From Saccostrea echinata (Eukaryota), in assembly GCF_033153115.1 (NCBI RefSeq), contig NW_026889803.1, forward strand, positions 55,862,001 through 55,926,000: a stretch of 64,000 nucleotides of DNA. Reading direction: 5' to 3'. The notes under the pieces were generated by a model. It was not told the DNA's origin and ran no database searches. It was given only the letters and a program-made list of their open reading frames with translations. This document shows, piece after piece, positions 25,148-39,765 of this stretch. Numbering within the stretch: position 1 is the first letter of the stretch; each line of letters starts with the position of its first letter. The position numbers and the translations under genes were made by a program.

Positions 25148-28100
25148 TCAGTAGCGACGAATCTTCTTAGAGGAATCTTCACTCTCTACCTCCATGGTTT
25201 CCTGTATAGACATAGGGGGCGCTATGTAATTCAGAAGGGAATTATTGGACATCTGACCAAACAAGCTGGTCAGCAATGCCACACCATAGCCTGTAGCTCT
25301 TTCTCCCTGGACAAGAAACAAAAATATACATACTGTACCAAACAAAAAATTATCTTTAATAATTAACTATCAATTTCTTTGATATAAAGGCACATACATG
25401 TATTTTTTATCAGCAAATTTACGTTACTTAGCTTGAAGTTTTGTGTAAATATACAGTCAAACCTCATTATCTTGAACTAGATGGGACCTGGAAAAAACTT
25501 CAAGATATCTGGAAATTTGAGATATTGAGGGTAAAATATTTAAAGAAAATGTGGTTGGGACTTCCAAATCATTTCAACATATCCATGTATTGGGGATATC
25601 AATGTTCCAGATAATGAAGCTCAACTGTATATATACAATGTATTTAAAAGCCATTTGAGCATTAAAGATATACAGGCTATAACTTTCCTCAGTTAAAAAT
25701 AAAGTTGGAAATTTATTTATTTTGTTTACCAAATAAAGTAACGAAAATATTGTAAATTACACAATTGGAAATGAACACATTATAAAGATCTCAAATTATA
25801 ATTGTTTATTATCCTACTAGGAAAGTAATGCCTCTATTTAAATTCATGCATCATGTGACACCGTCGCTACTTTTAGATTGATAAACAAAAATGGCATCAA
25901 GAAAACGAGGTAGGTCGTTTGGTATACAAAATACTTTTTGACATGGATGGCATACGGTTTATGCTTAAAGATACTTATCTTTGAAAACAACCAGTATTAA
26001 CCATCTACTCTGTAATGACAGATATTAACTTTTATTCAAAATCGCAGTCAAAATGCAACGTACCTCGTTGTCTATGATTTCCCGTGGACATGCGTGTCTA
26101 TTATACTGTTTACGCACTTCCTTCATCAATATTCGTGAATAGGCTGAATTCTTAATTCCAGATCTTGCTAAATTGTTTTGTAATTACAACCACTTATTTA
26201 GTAAATTATTTTTTATTACACATCATGTTTCTCAAATCATTTAGTCATTTTGTTTCACATAAAAAATCGTGTTTATATAGCGTGTATATCTTTAAAAAGT
26301 CGTCTATCTTCAGAATGAAAGATGCGCTGAAGAAGCACCTTGCAATAAATAAAATATATTTTTTAATTTGCAGTGACCTACATTGTGAACAGGGGCAGCC
26401 ATATCAATATGGAGCCATATTCCGGGATAGTCAAAACCAAGGTTAGATGCTATGTAGAGGCCAGCACAGGATACCTGGGCATTGCTCCTGTCCTGTCAAT
26501 CATTCAAAGGCACAATCTTAACAGGAATTAATCTAAACAATGTAAATCTGAAGAGACATGCCAATCTTACTATAGAGTAATGTCAATTTGTATTCATCTA
26601 TATTTCTACTGTTAGAGAACAGGAAAAAACAACTACAGTAAAACATGCTAAATATAGCCATGTGCCATGGATGAACAATTTTGATTCCTTATATCCATTA
26701 AGTTCACAATATGTTTTAAAACCATAAAGAATGAAAATCACTTCACAGTAAGCATGAATTCATAATAAGCATGTTTGCTATAACCATGTTTTACTGTAGA
26801 TCCTAAGAAATGAAGTCAAAGAATTATATTATAGCCTTTTTTAATCGGACAATAAGTGCAAGCTCTGCCAAAATCTTGATATTCTCTTACGAATGCCATG
26901 CCAGTACCATGAAAGAGGAATAAATTGACTGAACTGTGCTTTAGATTTCCTTACTTTGTATATGATACTGATAATAAATTACATGGTTAAAATTCAGCCT
27001 CACTTACTGCCACTGAGTTTTTGGCATCTGCTATTGCACTACTGAATTCTGGGAAATGAAGCTCGGGGGAGTACGGCATGGCATGTACAAGATCTGCTGA
27101 ATTTTGTCCTGCCTTCACACACCACAGCTCCATGTTTTCATCATTGGTGACAATACTGCCATGGTATTTACCTAATCACAAAAAAAATCTTAATGTCAAC
27201 CAGAAAATAAAACATTTGAAAAGGGGTCAAGAAAATCATTCATTTTCCTTTTACTTACCAGTAGCAATTCCTTGGGCACCAGTTAAAGTTGCCATGTCAA
27301 CAACAACATCAGCTTTCAAATCTTTCCTAGCATAAGCAACCTTTGGACAGAGAGTAGATTTATCATATGAGCAAATTAGAGGAAAATTTTCAGATGTATT
27401 ACAAAGTTTGAATCTAAGCTATTAAAGAACACACCCCATCAGCCAGAACAAGTCTTCCTTCTGCATCTGTGTTATTTACTTCCACAGTTCTGTAAAATAT
27501 GTAAAATATTGATGCTAGTTAACTAGATTTAAACTGCAAAATGGTTCAATGTATAAACACTACTTTGACTACATAAAATTTGGTAAAGTTTTATCCCTTT
27601 ATGAAATCTTGACATTACCTTCCTGAGTAGTGTGTGTAGACATCATCAGTCCGAGTGGCCAGTGGTCCTACAGCATTCTCAGCCACACAGAACACAGCAT
27701 GTAAATTCTCACTAAAACCCTGAAATTATGATAACCGAAAATAATATACCCTTTTCCTTCAATCACACTTATAACATATCAACTTTGAAACTCATTTATT
27801 TTGGATCAGAGGATGATGGAAAGAAGAATGAAATTGCATGGGATATGATATGTAAAGGATATTATGAAGTTAATATAAACTTACAAATTTTTCAGACAGG
27901 CAAGAAAAAAAATCAAAATAAAAATAAAGTTTGTAACTGTGCTTTGAACAGAATCTTTTTCTGTTCAATCAATTCATTTTTAATTTCCCCAATTAATTAT
28001 AAAATAAACAAGTAATAACTGCATAATGCAATAGTTACACTTATTATACCGAGTACTTCTTTAAAATGTTTCCTACATAAAGTTTAGCAAGTAAAATAAC

Positions 28101-31100
28101 TATTTTTCATAAACTGCAAATTTTCACATATAGCAAAGCTATACCCTGTGTTGTCCAACCCTCAGAAAAATTTCATACAAATTTTGATGTCTAATTTGAT
28201 TTCCTGTACAATGTACTATGAATCAGGGAAAATAGTTCCTGCTGCTGGTTTGATAAAAGCGCTATCCTACTCAAAGCCAGTGGATAAAAAATAAAAGCAC
28301 TATCCTAGTCAAAGCCGTGGATAAAAAAAATTAAATGTAAAGTTTTATCACAAGTTGTAGTTATTTTCAATTTGAAGGATTAACAAGTATAATAAAAAAA
28401 ATGCACAAGGAGAAATCATAACTCTGAATTATGAATTAACTATTAAAGCTCATTTTGACAAGAATGTCATCAGACTGAATTTTATTTCAAGATAAAATTG
28501 TCAGAATGTGATGTAAATGTCTGTCAATGTGATGAGAAGAAAATCTTTTTTGGATATTTTTTTTCTGGAATAAATAAATAAAATATAGTTTTATGATACA
28601 AGTATACACACCAGTTTGACAGCACCATAGAAAGCTCCCAGTATACCGGCCGCTCCTCCACAGTCACGCTTCATTCCACACATACCTTGCTATTAGAAAA
28701 ACACATGTGTTTCAGTCAAAAATCTCAGAAAAAATTAAATACAGTAAGTCCATACGGTATAAGTGCTTCCATTGTACACTTTTTACTACTTTTAAACATT
28801 TAAATAGGAATAATTCAAGCAAAATGAATTGGACTAGTGTCTAACACTGGACCACATTTGTATATGCATGTACTAAGACTTTGGCCCAAATTGCTCAAAG
28901 GTACACGTAATTGCACTGAACTGGCATCAAAACTGTTCTAAATACAATCCAATATCTGTGTCCCAGCAACCTTACAACAGGTGAGATAATTTTCTGTTCA
29001 GTATGAACATCCATAACAAACCTTAAGTTACTGTAAAGAATCCAAAATCTCTATTTTAGCAGCAGAAGCCTTGCCCTTTGACCCAATGAACCCAAAAACA
29101 ATCTCATCTGAGCTCTTCATCAGACCAATATATGATTGAAATATGAACATATCAGTATGTGTTATTCTCAAGTGCCTGTATGGAAACCAAAACACTATTT
29201 TCTATATGAGCCAGGCCACTTCATTCCATGACCCTAAGTGATCCCAGCCAAGTTCTTCATAAGATCAACCCTCATGCATACATGAATATTCTTATTTGAA
29301 TCATTTTTACAATGGTATTGCATTGAAATCCCAAAATCTATTTTTAGCAACCAAATCTACCCTTTTGACCCATGATCCTAAAAGCTACATCCTCCACATT
29401 TTGATTTTGCATGTGTAAAAATCATTTCACCTTCTCTATTAAGAAAACTGAAAGAAAATTGAGCTTAACATGCACTATGATTAAATAGTGAATTTAATTT
29501 TGAGAATTCATGAGGACATGAACTACGATGCTTCATGCCGCCATATTTCATGAAGCGCTTTAGCCCTTCATGATAAATGTGCATGCAGGCGTGAAGCGTC
29601 ACAGTTCATGTGCCTCATGAATTCTCAAAAATTAAATTCATTTCTAATATTCACATTATTTGTCTGACAATTTGCCACAATTTATGTCATTCAAAGCTCA
29701 TTTTTAAAACAAAACAGTTTGCACTATATAGATTTACATCAAGTATGATGTCACAATGGAGATATCCTTGTTCATCCATGGTAATTCATGAGAAAATGAA
29801 CAGTCTTCTAATTTGCAAAGAATCTTTTGAAAATGTAAATATATACTGTTAAACATTCATTTTCCCTCCTAACAAGGACTAAAATGATTACATGTACATG
29901 TATAAGGCTTAGATTCTGAGTAAAATAAAAAAAATGTTTCTCTTAAGTAAATTGTTTTTATGTCAGGAAGTTAGAGGAAATTTCTTAAGAATTTTATATT
30001 AGATCTACTTGGTGAAAACAAACAGAATTGCTTTGCCTTAAGGGGGTCATAATTCTGCAGAATCTCAATTTCTGTTCAATCCGCAGGTAATAAATTATAC
30101 AAATTTCTTAGATTGCCACTATATGCCTTAAATGTATTTCAGGTGTGCTGGGACAAACTTCCGTGGAAAATATATGACCATGTACATAGCGTAAATAAAA
30201 AACCATGCTGAAAAAATTCTTCTACAGAATGCAAATCAATCGGCACTAAAAATGATGATAATTTAGTACTATCACTAATCTATTACATCAATTTTTTTTC
30301 ATTTATGCAGTTCTACTTAGTCTTCTTTTACATAGATGTACAATTTTTCTTCAAATTTATGATATACATACAAGTAATTAATGACACTCTGGAAGGTTAT
30401 ATTTTGATTTTTCTTTTGAAGCAACCTTACCCTAGCTTTAATGCAGAGTCCACCAGTATCAAAAACAATCCCCTTACCAACCCAAGCGATATTTTTGGTG
30501 GCTCCCTCTGGCCTGTGGCTCAGAACCACTAGAGCTGGTGGGTGTTCTGCAGCCCTTCCAACATTATAAATACCTGGTCAAAGAAACAAGAGGCCCAAAG
30601 GCCTTAACAGTCACCTGAGTACAATACAACAATTTAGAGGACCCATAAACTGATAAATGAAGCTTTGTTGCCCAAAAGGAAGAAAAATAGTATGATTAGC
30701 ATCAACAAAATAATTGGTCTAGTATCTATCTGCCCCCCCCCCCCCCCCCCCCATTTATCACTATTCCGATGCAGACTATTAACAAAATGTCTATTATTTA
30801 ACCCCATATTATTACTTCTCACAATGGCCTCTCTTGGCCTTTGAAGAACATTTAAAAAGATGAGTTACTTTTGTCTCATTTTTATTCATCTATTATTTCC
30901 AAGTCATTGAAACTATGAAAGTACTTTTTTTATTTTACAATAAATTTTTCTTGCATAATTCTCTTATTCTATTAAGCTTTCAAATACATTATTTACAGTG
31001 ATTAATTATCAAAGATGAGTGGCAAAGGGGAATAACTTTGCTCAGCAGAATACAAGTTAATAGATCCCTGGCCAGGACCAGAACACTTGACTAAATGGTC

Positions 31101-31395
31101 CAGGTGTTCAAAATTCTGGTAAAAATACCCTTGCATATTAAAACTTTTACTCTGTTTGCCTTGAACATCCCCAGAAGCATAGAAGATTTTCAAAGAAATG
31201 CATTTTCACCATATTATTAAATAAATAAAGCCCCATCCTTACACCAGAACATCTGACCCATTGGCCACAAACTCACAATTCTGGAAGAAGCACCCTTTCT
31301 CATTATAACTATACATTTGTTTCTTTACTTTATAACCAGTAGTAGAAAAAATATTTTGAAAGAAATTATGCATTTTCACTATATAATCAATAGAG

Positions 31396-31438
<43 letters not shown>

Positions 31439-32287
31439 CCCCCCCCCTTCACCAGAACCCCTGACCAAGGGGCCATGAATTTTACAATTTTGGAAGAGGC
31501 ATTCTTCTTTATCATAACCATGCACTTCCTTTGTTTGAAAAATACCCAGGAGCAGAGAAGAAGATTTTGAAAGAATTCATGCCTTTTCCCTATATAATCA
31601 ATAGAGCCCAGCCCTAACACCAGGACCCCTGACCCAAGGGCCATGAAATTCACAATTTCTAAAAAGGCAGCCATGCTCACCATAACTATGTTCTCAGTTA
31701 GTTTATTTAATACCCAGGAGCAGAGAAAAAGATTTTCAAAGAATTCATGCATTTTCACTATATAATCAATAGAGCCCCACACTAACACCAGAACCCCTGA
31801 CCCTGGGGACATGAAATTCACAATTTTGGAAGAGGCACTCTTGCTCATCATAACTATGTAATTAGTTACTTTATTTAATACCCAGGAGCAGAGAAGAAGA
31901 TTTTCAAAGAAATATGCACTTTCACTATATGATCTATATAGCCCCACCCTAGCACCAGAACCCCTGACCCTGGGGCCATGAATTTCACAATTTTGGTAGA
32001 GGGCTCAATGCTTATTAAAATGATGCCAACAGTTTGACTGCTTGATGTCCAGGAGTAAAGAAGAAGATTTTTAAAGATTGCATTAATTTTGGTGGTTTTA
32101 CCCCCACCCCTCAGGCCCCAGGGGGGCAGGGACCATGAAATTCACAATTTTTGTTCCCCTTCACCCATAGATGCTATATGCCAAATTTGGTTGAAATTGG
32201 TTTAGTGGTTTCAGAGAAGAAGCTAAAAATGTTCAAATGTTAACATACGACGCACGACGCACACTGCACGCCGACGGACGAGAACGG

Positions 32288-32325
<38 letters not shown>

Positions 32326-35300
32326 TATATAGTGTATGTAGCTTATTTGAATTATGTACAGTTTAAAAATGGAAAGGAATTTGTAATCATATTTACAGCA
32401 TCACTGGTAATAATTCTCTTTTTAAAACATCCCAAAACCGTACATCTTCAAGTTATTTTCAAGTATCTGTACAAGTAACTTAATGCAGCAAGATATATCC
32501 ATTAGAAAATCTACACAAAAAAGAGGTACAGGTGCACATATTCCAGTAAAATGAGGTACCTGGTATATTTACAGACCTTAACAGAAAATTAGGTAATCAC
32601 AAACCTCCAAATCCTTTTTCCTTTAGCTCCTCCCCCCGTACAATATAGGGGGTGATCTGAAGCTCCCTAGCAACAGTCTCTGCCTCCTGGAAATAAAGGA
32701 TCATACAGATATGAATGGTCATTGGTAAACTAGGTCACTAGTGAAAATTGGAATAATCAATATGTTTAATCATTTAAAAAGTAACACATTTTACTAGGAA
32801 GATTAATAAATTTAATAAAGGTTTATCTGAAATAATTCAGAATGAAATTGCAGAGATAGAAATGTAGAAGGTGAATTTACAATTACAAAAGCGAAATACA
32901 TACAAAATATTGGAAAGAAAGCAACAAATCATTGCAAAAGAGTAAAATTTAAGTAACTATGAATATCAAAATGTTCACAAATCAATGTTTATCAAAGAGC
33001 TAAAAGTACAATGTACATGTAGGTAGGTGGTGTTTTATCAAATACTTCTGTATTTGTTAACATATATATCTAAAAGAATAAGTCATTAACTAAAAGAATA
33101 ATAAAATGTTATTTTTCACTGCAATTTTAATGTTAATACATAAAATGTATTCAGTAACTCTAACCACAAAAATAAAAAAAAATCTTACAAAATCTCATGT
33201 ACATGTATTCAAATGAGAACAAGGTGTATTATACCTTCACAAAGTCATCTGTGTTCATATGAGAACATGGCTTATCCACAATTTCTGCAGCAAGTCTGAT
33301 GCCATGGGCTGAGGCAGACAAACAGTGAAGATCATCCTTAGAAAGAGGCTTATCCTTGTCCGCCCCCACCAACAGAAAGTCCACTGTCAGGGTGTAATCT
33401 ACAGAGTTCTGTCCAGACTTCCCCGAGTACAGTGGTAGAATTCTGGCTACAGCACATCCTAAGGCATACACATCCTTTCTCTCACACACAATCTACAAAA
33501 TGATGTAACATTGTGACAAAAAAGAAATTGTAATCAGTACTAAATTTCTTCATATCTAAAAATGATTCACTGTTATATAGAATACTCAGTAAGTTGAATG
33601 ATTTAAAGTACAGGAAGCCAAAAAAACTTTGAAACTTAAAGTACATGTATAATAAAAATATCTTAATATAAGTATAGAATGCTATACAATTTCATTACCA
33701 CAACAAATTCATCCTGGCCAGAAAGACAGCCTTTTACAAGTTTAGATAAAGAATGGGCACGAGACGGGGTATTGTGCCGACTACTCTTCAGGGGCAGGGC
33801 AGCTATGGTAGCATTCCTAAGCCAGAGTGGACATGTGTCAGTTGGTGATGGTCGCAGGCTACTCACAGCTAGACTAAATGTCTGAAATATACAGAGTCAT
33901 CTGGCAAATATTCTTATTTCTGCTGACACCCTATTCAAACAAAGTATTAAAAACAGCTTATACTTACTTCTAGTGTTGTCACGATGATCGATTTATAATC
34001 GATAATCGATCGGAAAGGCTGTCGATTTTAGACAATCGATTAGAGATTTAACAATCGATTATAATTGGTATATTACAACACTTATCTCTTTATTGTTTTC
34101 TCACTTTTATTTCAAGAAAAAGCTATTGTTATCAATATATATCTTCCATATATATCTTCCAAGTGTTGTCATTTACCATTTTAACATACTAAAAATCTGG
34201 TTTAAAATGAAAATTTGGTTTCCGTACAGATAAGTACAACTATGCTTGAATCATATAAAAAAAACTGTTTGTATAAATAAAATATGTTGGTTATCAGTGT
34301 TTGGGGGAAATTCACTTTTCATTTCATATGGAATCACATGGATTTGGAATATTAACTGTCTAATAACAGTTAAAAACAAGAGGCCCAGGGGCCACATTGC
34401 TCACCTGAGCACTATGGCTAGGAAAAAGCAGAAATCACTTCAATCTTGAAAGGTTGAAAAGTTTAAATATAAAAGTGGTTGGGGGGGGGGGGGGGGGAGG
34501 GGGTGTCATGAATTGAACAAATTTGAATCTACATTATCTGAGGATGCTTCCAGTTAAATATGACCAATCATGGCTTTGCTGTTCTTGAGTAGAAGATTTT
34601 TAAAGATTTAACCTATGTATTCCTATGTAAAACTTTGATCACCCATTGTGGCCCCACCCGACCCCCAGGGGTCATGTTTGAACAAACTTGAATGTACACT
34701 ATCTAAGAATGCTTCCATATAAATATGACCAATCATGGCTTTGCTATTCTTAACAAATAGTTTTTTTTTTTTAAAGATTTTTACTATGTGTTCCAATGTA
34801 AAACGTTGATTGCCCATTGTGGCCCCACCCGTCCCCCAGGGGTCATGATTCGAACAAATTTGTATGTACACTATCTGAGGATGCTACCATATAAATATGA
34901 CCAATCATGGCTTTGCTATTCTTAACAAATTGTTTTTTTTTTTATAGAATTTTTACTATGTGTTCCTATGTAAAACTTTGATCGCCCATTGTGGCCCCAC
35001 CCGACCCCTGGGGGTCATGATTTGAACAAATTTGAATGTACACTATCTGAGGATGCTACCATATAGATATGACCAATCATGGCTTTGCTGTTCTTGAGAA
35101 GAAGATTTTTACTATGTGTTCCTATGTAAAACTTTGATTGCCCATTGTGGCCCCACCCTACCCCCGGGGGTCATGAGTTGAATAAATTTGAATGTACACT
35201 ATCTGAGGATACTTCCATGTAAATATGACCAATCATGGCTTTGCTGTTCTTGAGAAGAAGATTTTTAAAGATTTTTCCTATATATTCCTATGTAAAACTT

Positions 35301-36473
35301 TGATCGCCCATTGTGGTCCCACCCGTCCCCCGGGGGTCATGAGTTGAACAAACTTGAATCTACACTACCTGAGGATGCTACCATATAAATATGACCAATC
35401 ATGGTTTTGCTGTTCTTGAGAAGAAGATTTTTACTATGTGTTCCTATGTAAAACTTTGATCGCCCATTGTGGCCCCACCCGACCCCCGGGGGTCATGAGT
35501 TGAATAAATTTGAATGTACACTATCTGAGGATCCTTCCATGTAAATATGACCAATCATGGCTTTGCTGTTCTTGAGAAGAAGATTTTTAAAGATTTTTCC
35601 TATATATTCCTATGTAAAACTTTGATCGCCCATTGTGGTCCCACCCGAACCCCGGGGGTCATGAGTTGAACAAACTTGAATCTACACTACCTGAGGATGC
35701 TACCATATAAATATGACCAATGATGGCTTTGTTGTTCTTGAGAAGAAGATTTTTAAAGATTTTTCCTATATATTCCTATGCAAAACTTTGATTGCCCATT
35801 GTGGCCCCACCCGACCCCCGGGGGTCATGAGTTGAACAAACTTGAATCTACACTACCTGAGGATGCTTCCAAGTAAATATGACCAATCATGGCTTTGCTG
35901 TTCTTGAGAAGAAGATTTTTAAAGATTTTTCCAATATATTCCTATGTAAAACTTTGATCGCCCATTGTGGCCCCACCCTACCCCCGGGGGTCATGATTCG
36001 AACAAACTTGAATCTACACTACCTGAGGATGCTTCCAAGTAAATATGACCAATCATGGCTTTGCTGTTCTTGAGAAGAAGATTTTTGAAGATTTTTCCTA
36101 TATATTCCTATGTAAAACTTTGATCGCCCATTGTGGCCCCACCCGACCCCCGGGGGTCATGATTTGAACAAACTTGAATCTACACTATCTGACGATGCTA
36201 CCATATAAATATGACCAATTATGGTTTTGCTGTTCTTGAGAAGAAGATTTTTAAAGATTTTTCCTGTATATTTCCTATGTAAAATTTTGATCGCCCATTG
36301 CGGCCCCACCCTACCCCCGGGGGTCATGATTTGAACAAACTTGAATCTACACTACCTGAGGATGCTTCCACATAAGTTTCATGTTTTCAAGCACAGTGGT
36401 TCTTGAGAAGAAGATTTTTTAATGATGCCATTAATTTTTCACGAATTCTAAATTATCTCCCCTTGGAAGAAGG

Positions 36474-36519
<46 letters not shown>

Positions 36520-36522
36520 ACT

Positions 36523-36577
<55 letters not shown>

Positions 36578-36623
36578 GTGAAAAGTTTACAGACGGACAG
36601 ACAGACGGACTACAGACAAAATG

Positions 36624-36669
<46 letters not shown>

Positions 36670-37143
36670 TTAAATTCCATATTTTAGATGATCATGTTAA
36701 TTAAAACTCTGTCAATTTTTCTTTTACCCAGGTAAAGTAAATCCTAATCAGGCAAAACTCTGTATTACTGAAATTGTTAATCAAACTGCAAACTGTATTT
36801 AGAATTTTAATCTGTATAATACACCTTTACTTACATTATTATAAAATTATACTTATACATTTTATGTAAAATTTAGTGCCTATTTCATACAAATGGTTAC
36901 CGATTCGATTATTGGCCGATGATCAGTTGGTTAGAGTCAACTGATGCTGCCGATTAATCGATTCTGATTTTCAACCGATTTGACAACACTACTTACTTCT
37001 TTGTTGACTCTAGGTTCCAGCTTAACTTTGATGTCATCAAAAGTGATACTGGTAAGATGAGGCAGCTGACCTACAATGACCACGGGGAAATCCTTGGGGT
37101 CTGACTCAGTCAGTTTACCCCCATACACAAGCTTTACAGGCAT
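25148..37143 (-). CDS. NPEPL1: Probable aminopeptidase NPEPL1 (M17 leucyl aminopeptidase family), 520 aa
   Basis: 12 GT-AG coding exons: 37143-36997, 33881-33699, 33492-33235, 32686-32605, 30573-30431, 28689-28612, 27719-27619, 27489-27435, 27340-27259, 27171-27008, 26492-26382 and 25306-25148 (1563 nt, open). M17 motifs VGKGIVFDTGG, MKRDCGGAA, NNTDAEGRL and DMATLTGAQ, plus NPEPL1-type SRHNTPSRAH and GERATGYGVALL. Confidence 0.95.
25454..25627. mobile_element. Tc1/mariner(pogo)-type MITE
   Basis: TA|CAGTCAAACCTCATTATC...GATAATGAAGCTCAACTG|TA. Confidence 0.8.
26636..26796. mobile_element. Short TA-flanked MITE
   Basis: TA|CAGTAAAACATG...CATGTTTTACTG|TA. Confidence 0.7.
29488..29640. repeat. 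Fold-back palindromic element
   Basis: TGAATTTAATTTTGAGAATTCATGAGG-ACATGAACT pairs with AGTTCATGTGCCTCATGAATTCTCAAAAATTAAATTCA. Confidence 0.75.
30585..32325 (+). mobile_element. Non-autonomous Helentron, second family, with ~170-bp internal tandem repeats
   Basis: Start AACAAGAGGCCCAAAGGCCTTAACAGTCACCTGAG; repeats of CCAGAACCCCTGACCC..GGGGCCATGAA across ~31240-32000; end GGTCACCTGAGTGACTCAGGTGACCTAAA; a (CT)n tract at 31396-31438. Confidence 0.85.
33971..36991. mobile_element. hAT-type non-autonomous element with 8-bp TSD (CTTACTTC), hosting a nested Helentron
   Basis: TIR TAGTGTTGTCA / TGACAACACTA, CTTACTTC at 33963-33970 and 36992-36999, and subterminal AATCGAT repeats. Confidence 0.88.
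34375..36666 (+). mobile_element. Non-autonomous Helentron with ~12 monomers of a variant ~166-bp satellite
   Basis: Same start box and terminal hairpin as 7359-10165. Monomers carry a distinct ATGACCAATCATGGCTTTGCTG block. Confidence 0.92.
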
Positions 37144-37578
37144 CTTCTCTCTCTGTGGCAGTCACAATCCTGCTACAAATACAGCCTGCATAAAGAAAGA
37201 TCAGAGTTGTAAAGGATCTCTGCTATGAAATAAGATAACAATACAATTCAATAAGACTTATTATCTTTTCAGCATATATATTAATGGCTATTCTATTCAG
37301 TGACTCAGATCATAAGGAATAATGATCATTTTAGATGCAAAATATAAAAACAGTTTTTTTAATAAAATTTTAAAATTATTTTTATTTCATGCAGCAAAAA
37401 TCAAAGTTTTTTGTTTGATTGTTTGTTTTTTTTATTTGTTGTTTTTTTTTTTTTTTACTAAAGCAGTAGTAGGCTCATGGGGTAGAATTGCATTGATTAC
37501 CTCTTTCAGTCTGGCAGCTGCATCAGTTAATGTGAAAAAAGTGAACATACCCTCATGTAAAAAAGAAGATGATTTTCA

Positions 37579-39533
37579 AAACAAGGGGCCCATGGGCCAC
37601 AATGCTCACTGGAGTTACACCTGAGAGGCCTGCTTTTCTTTAGATTTTTTTGTCTCCATTATGAATATAATTTTTTTTTGACATTGTTACATTGTTGCCT
37701 CACCCTATCTCATGGGGCCATGATTTGAACAAATTTGAATATGCGCTTCCTATGAATGCTTATGTACTGACTTTAATGGAAACATTCACCATTTGCACTT
37801 ATTTTGTATAATTAAGGAGTTTTACCAGTAAACTGCATCTAATTTTTGCTTGCGATCGATGAGTTTTGAGTTAATTAATTTGATAGTCACCAATGGTACT
37901 GGACGCCATATGCACGATGACTTCCAAGCTTCTCTATGTAAATATAACAAAAACAGTTGCCCAAAAAAATTTAAAAATATGAGGCAACAGTGGGATTTTG
38001 TAATTAAATTAAAAAAAAATTCAGCAAAATAAATTCCTGGATTATCATTTATAAACAGCAACATCAAATTGTAAAAATAGCAGCAAACATTTTGACAGGT
38101 GGCAAAGGGTAGTGACTACAGTGACCTAGAAATGAATGTGTTTTTACATAATATGGCTGTTTTTATAATTTATTTTCCATCAAAGAATGAAAATGCATGT
38201 GCACTTTTAATTATGTAACCCTTCTTAAATATCTGTGACGATGAAAAATCAGGTGTTTTTACAAGCTGGACACATATTAAAAATGTAATTTTGAATCGAT
38301 ACTGTGGTGTTGTTACAAAAATTTAAACAACACAATTACCGGTACATTTAAAATCATAGGTAAATTAGATTTCATGATTTACAATTTATAATTACTTGAT
38401 ATTTATTATTAATTAGATAATTATCATTGCAAAAATATATAACATTTAAGCAAGCTGAAATGTGAAGAAAATTCATATGAAAACACCCCAATTCCAGTTT
38501 CCTTCCAAGTTCCAAGTAGTTGCGCATATGACTTCACAGACCATGGCACGCGATATCTCTTGAAATATGCATAGTGTAAGATTCAAATTTCAGACCAAAT
38601 AATTGCTATTTATTTATTACTTTCATTTTCTTTCCCATTGTATCTCATCAGAAGGAATTCATTCATAGCAAAAATTGGAATCTTTTATTTTTATGATAAA
38701 GTCATCTAATATTAAATAATCATGCCTGTGCAGTTCTTGAGGGAAAAAAATTGAAAGTTTTTTTCCTACATACATGTATTTCTTTGCAGAATTTTTAGAC
38801 CATCCTCAGAAGCCCAATTCCAATCTCTTAATCTGCACTTCCTAAGGATGGTTGCATATTAAAGTTCATCAACCCTCTGCTCACTCATACAAAACCTTAG
38901 ACTTTCCTTCAAGCTTATGATTATCCAAAAGAAATCTAATTTATAATTAAAATTCACACCATTTCAGCATACCTTGCAGGGCTAAATTTGACAGAAATGG
39001 CCTGTAAACTTGACAATTTTATAAAGGAATAAAAGTCATTTGTACCATGCAGTTAGAGTTATCTCTCTTATCAGAGTATCGGTGAACCTTAATATGATCA
39101 ATCATAACCCTCTCGATCTTAAAGTAGAAAAAATAAAAACTTCCTTCAAATTTACCTTGTATGTGAACCCCCATTAATCAAGTAAATTAAAGTCAGGGAC
39201 TGGGTGAGAGCAATTGATTGAAATTTAGTTAGTTTTTTTCTGCCATTTCACAATTATTATCTCCCCTTGAAAGATGGTGTGACTCTTTATTTGAAATAAC
39301 TGAATTTCCTTTTCCCAAGGATGTGTTGTGGCAAGTTTGGCTGAAATTGGTCCAGTGGTCCTGGAGAAGAAGACAAATATGTGAGAAGTTTAAATATGAC
39401 AGATGGATGATAGACAGAATTAAATTCAATTAATGTTGATCAATAAAGCTCAATAAAGATATATGCCAAAGGTGACACGGGCAGTAAGTAAGTAATAAAG
39501 CTCACTTGAGCCTTTGACTCAGGTGAGCTAAAA
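37579..39533 (+). mobile_element. Old, interrupted Helentron of the same family
   Basis: Start AACAAGGGGCCCATGGGCCACAATGCTCAC, decayed satellite motifs, conserved subterminal block at 39250-39400, and terminal GCTCACTTGAGCCTTTGACTCAGGTGAGCTAAAA. The interior may contain other insertions. Confidence 0.6.
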
Positions 39534-39765
39534 ATATTCTTACAAGCTGAAGCAGTATATCACTATATATATGAGATATATGATATGTAGGAAGAGGGAA
39601 GAATTTACCTTCTTCAATAATTTATAAATCAACATTTAAAAAAGGCAATAAAGACCCAGTTATAACTATCCATTTATGAACTATTAAAGAGAGATGCCAG
39701 ACATCTGTTGTGAATGAATAACATAGAAGAAATTTCAGTGTTTTCCTTTTATTTCAAAGTAAAAG

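Noticed and set aside
31387-31947. 186-aa ORF, and similar ORFs at 7327, 9938, 34623, 35879, 36403, 58881 and 59367
   Set aside because: Chance frames through Helentron tandem repeats and microsatellites, with no recognisable protein motif.
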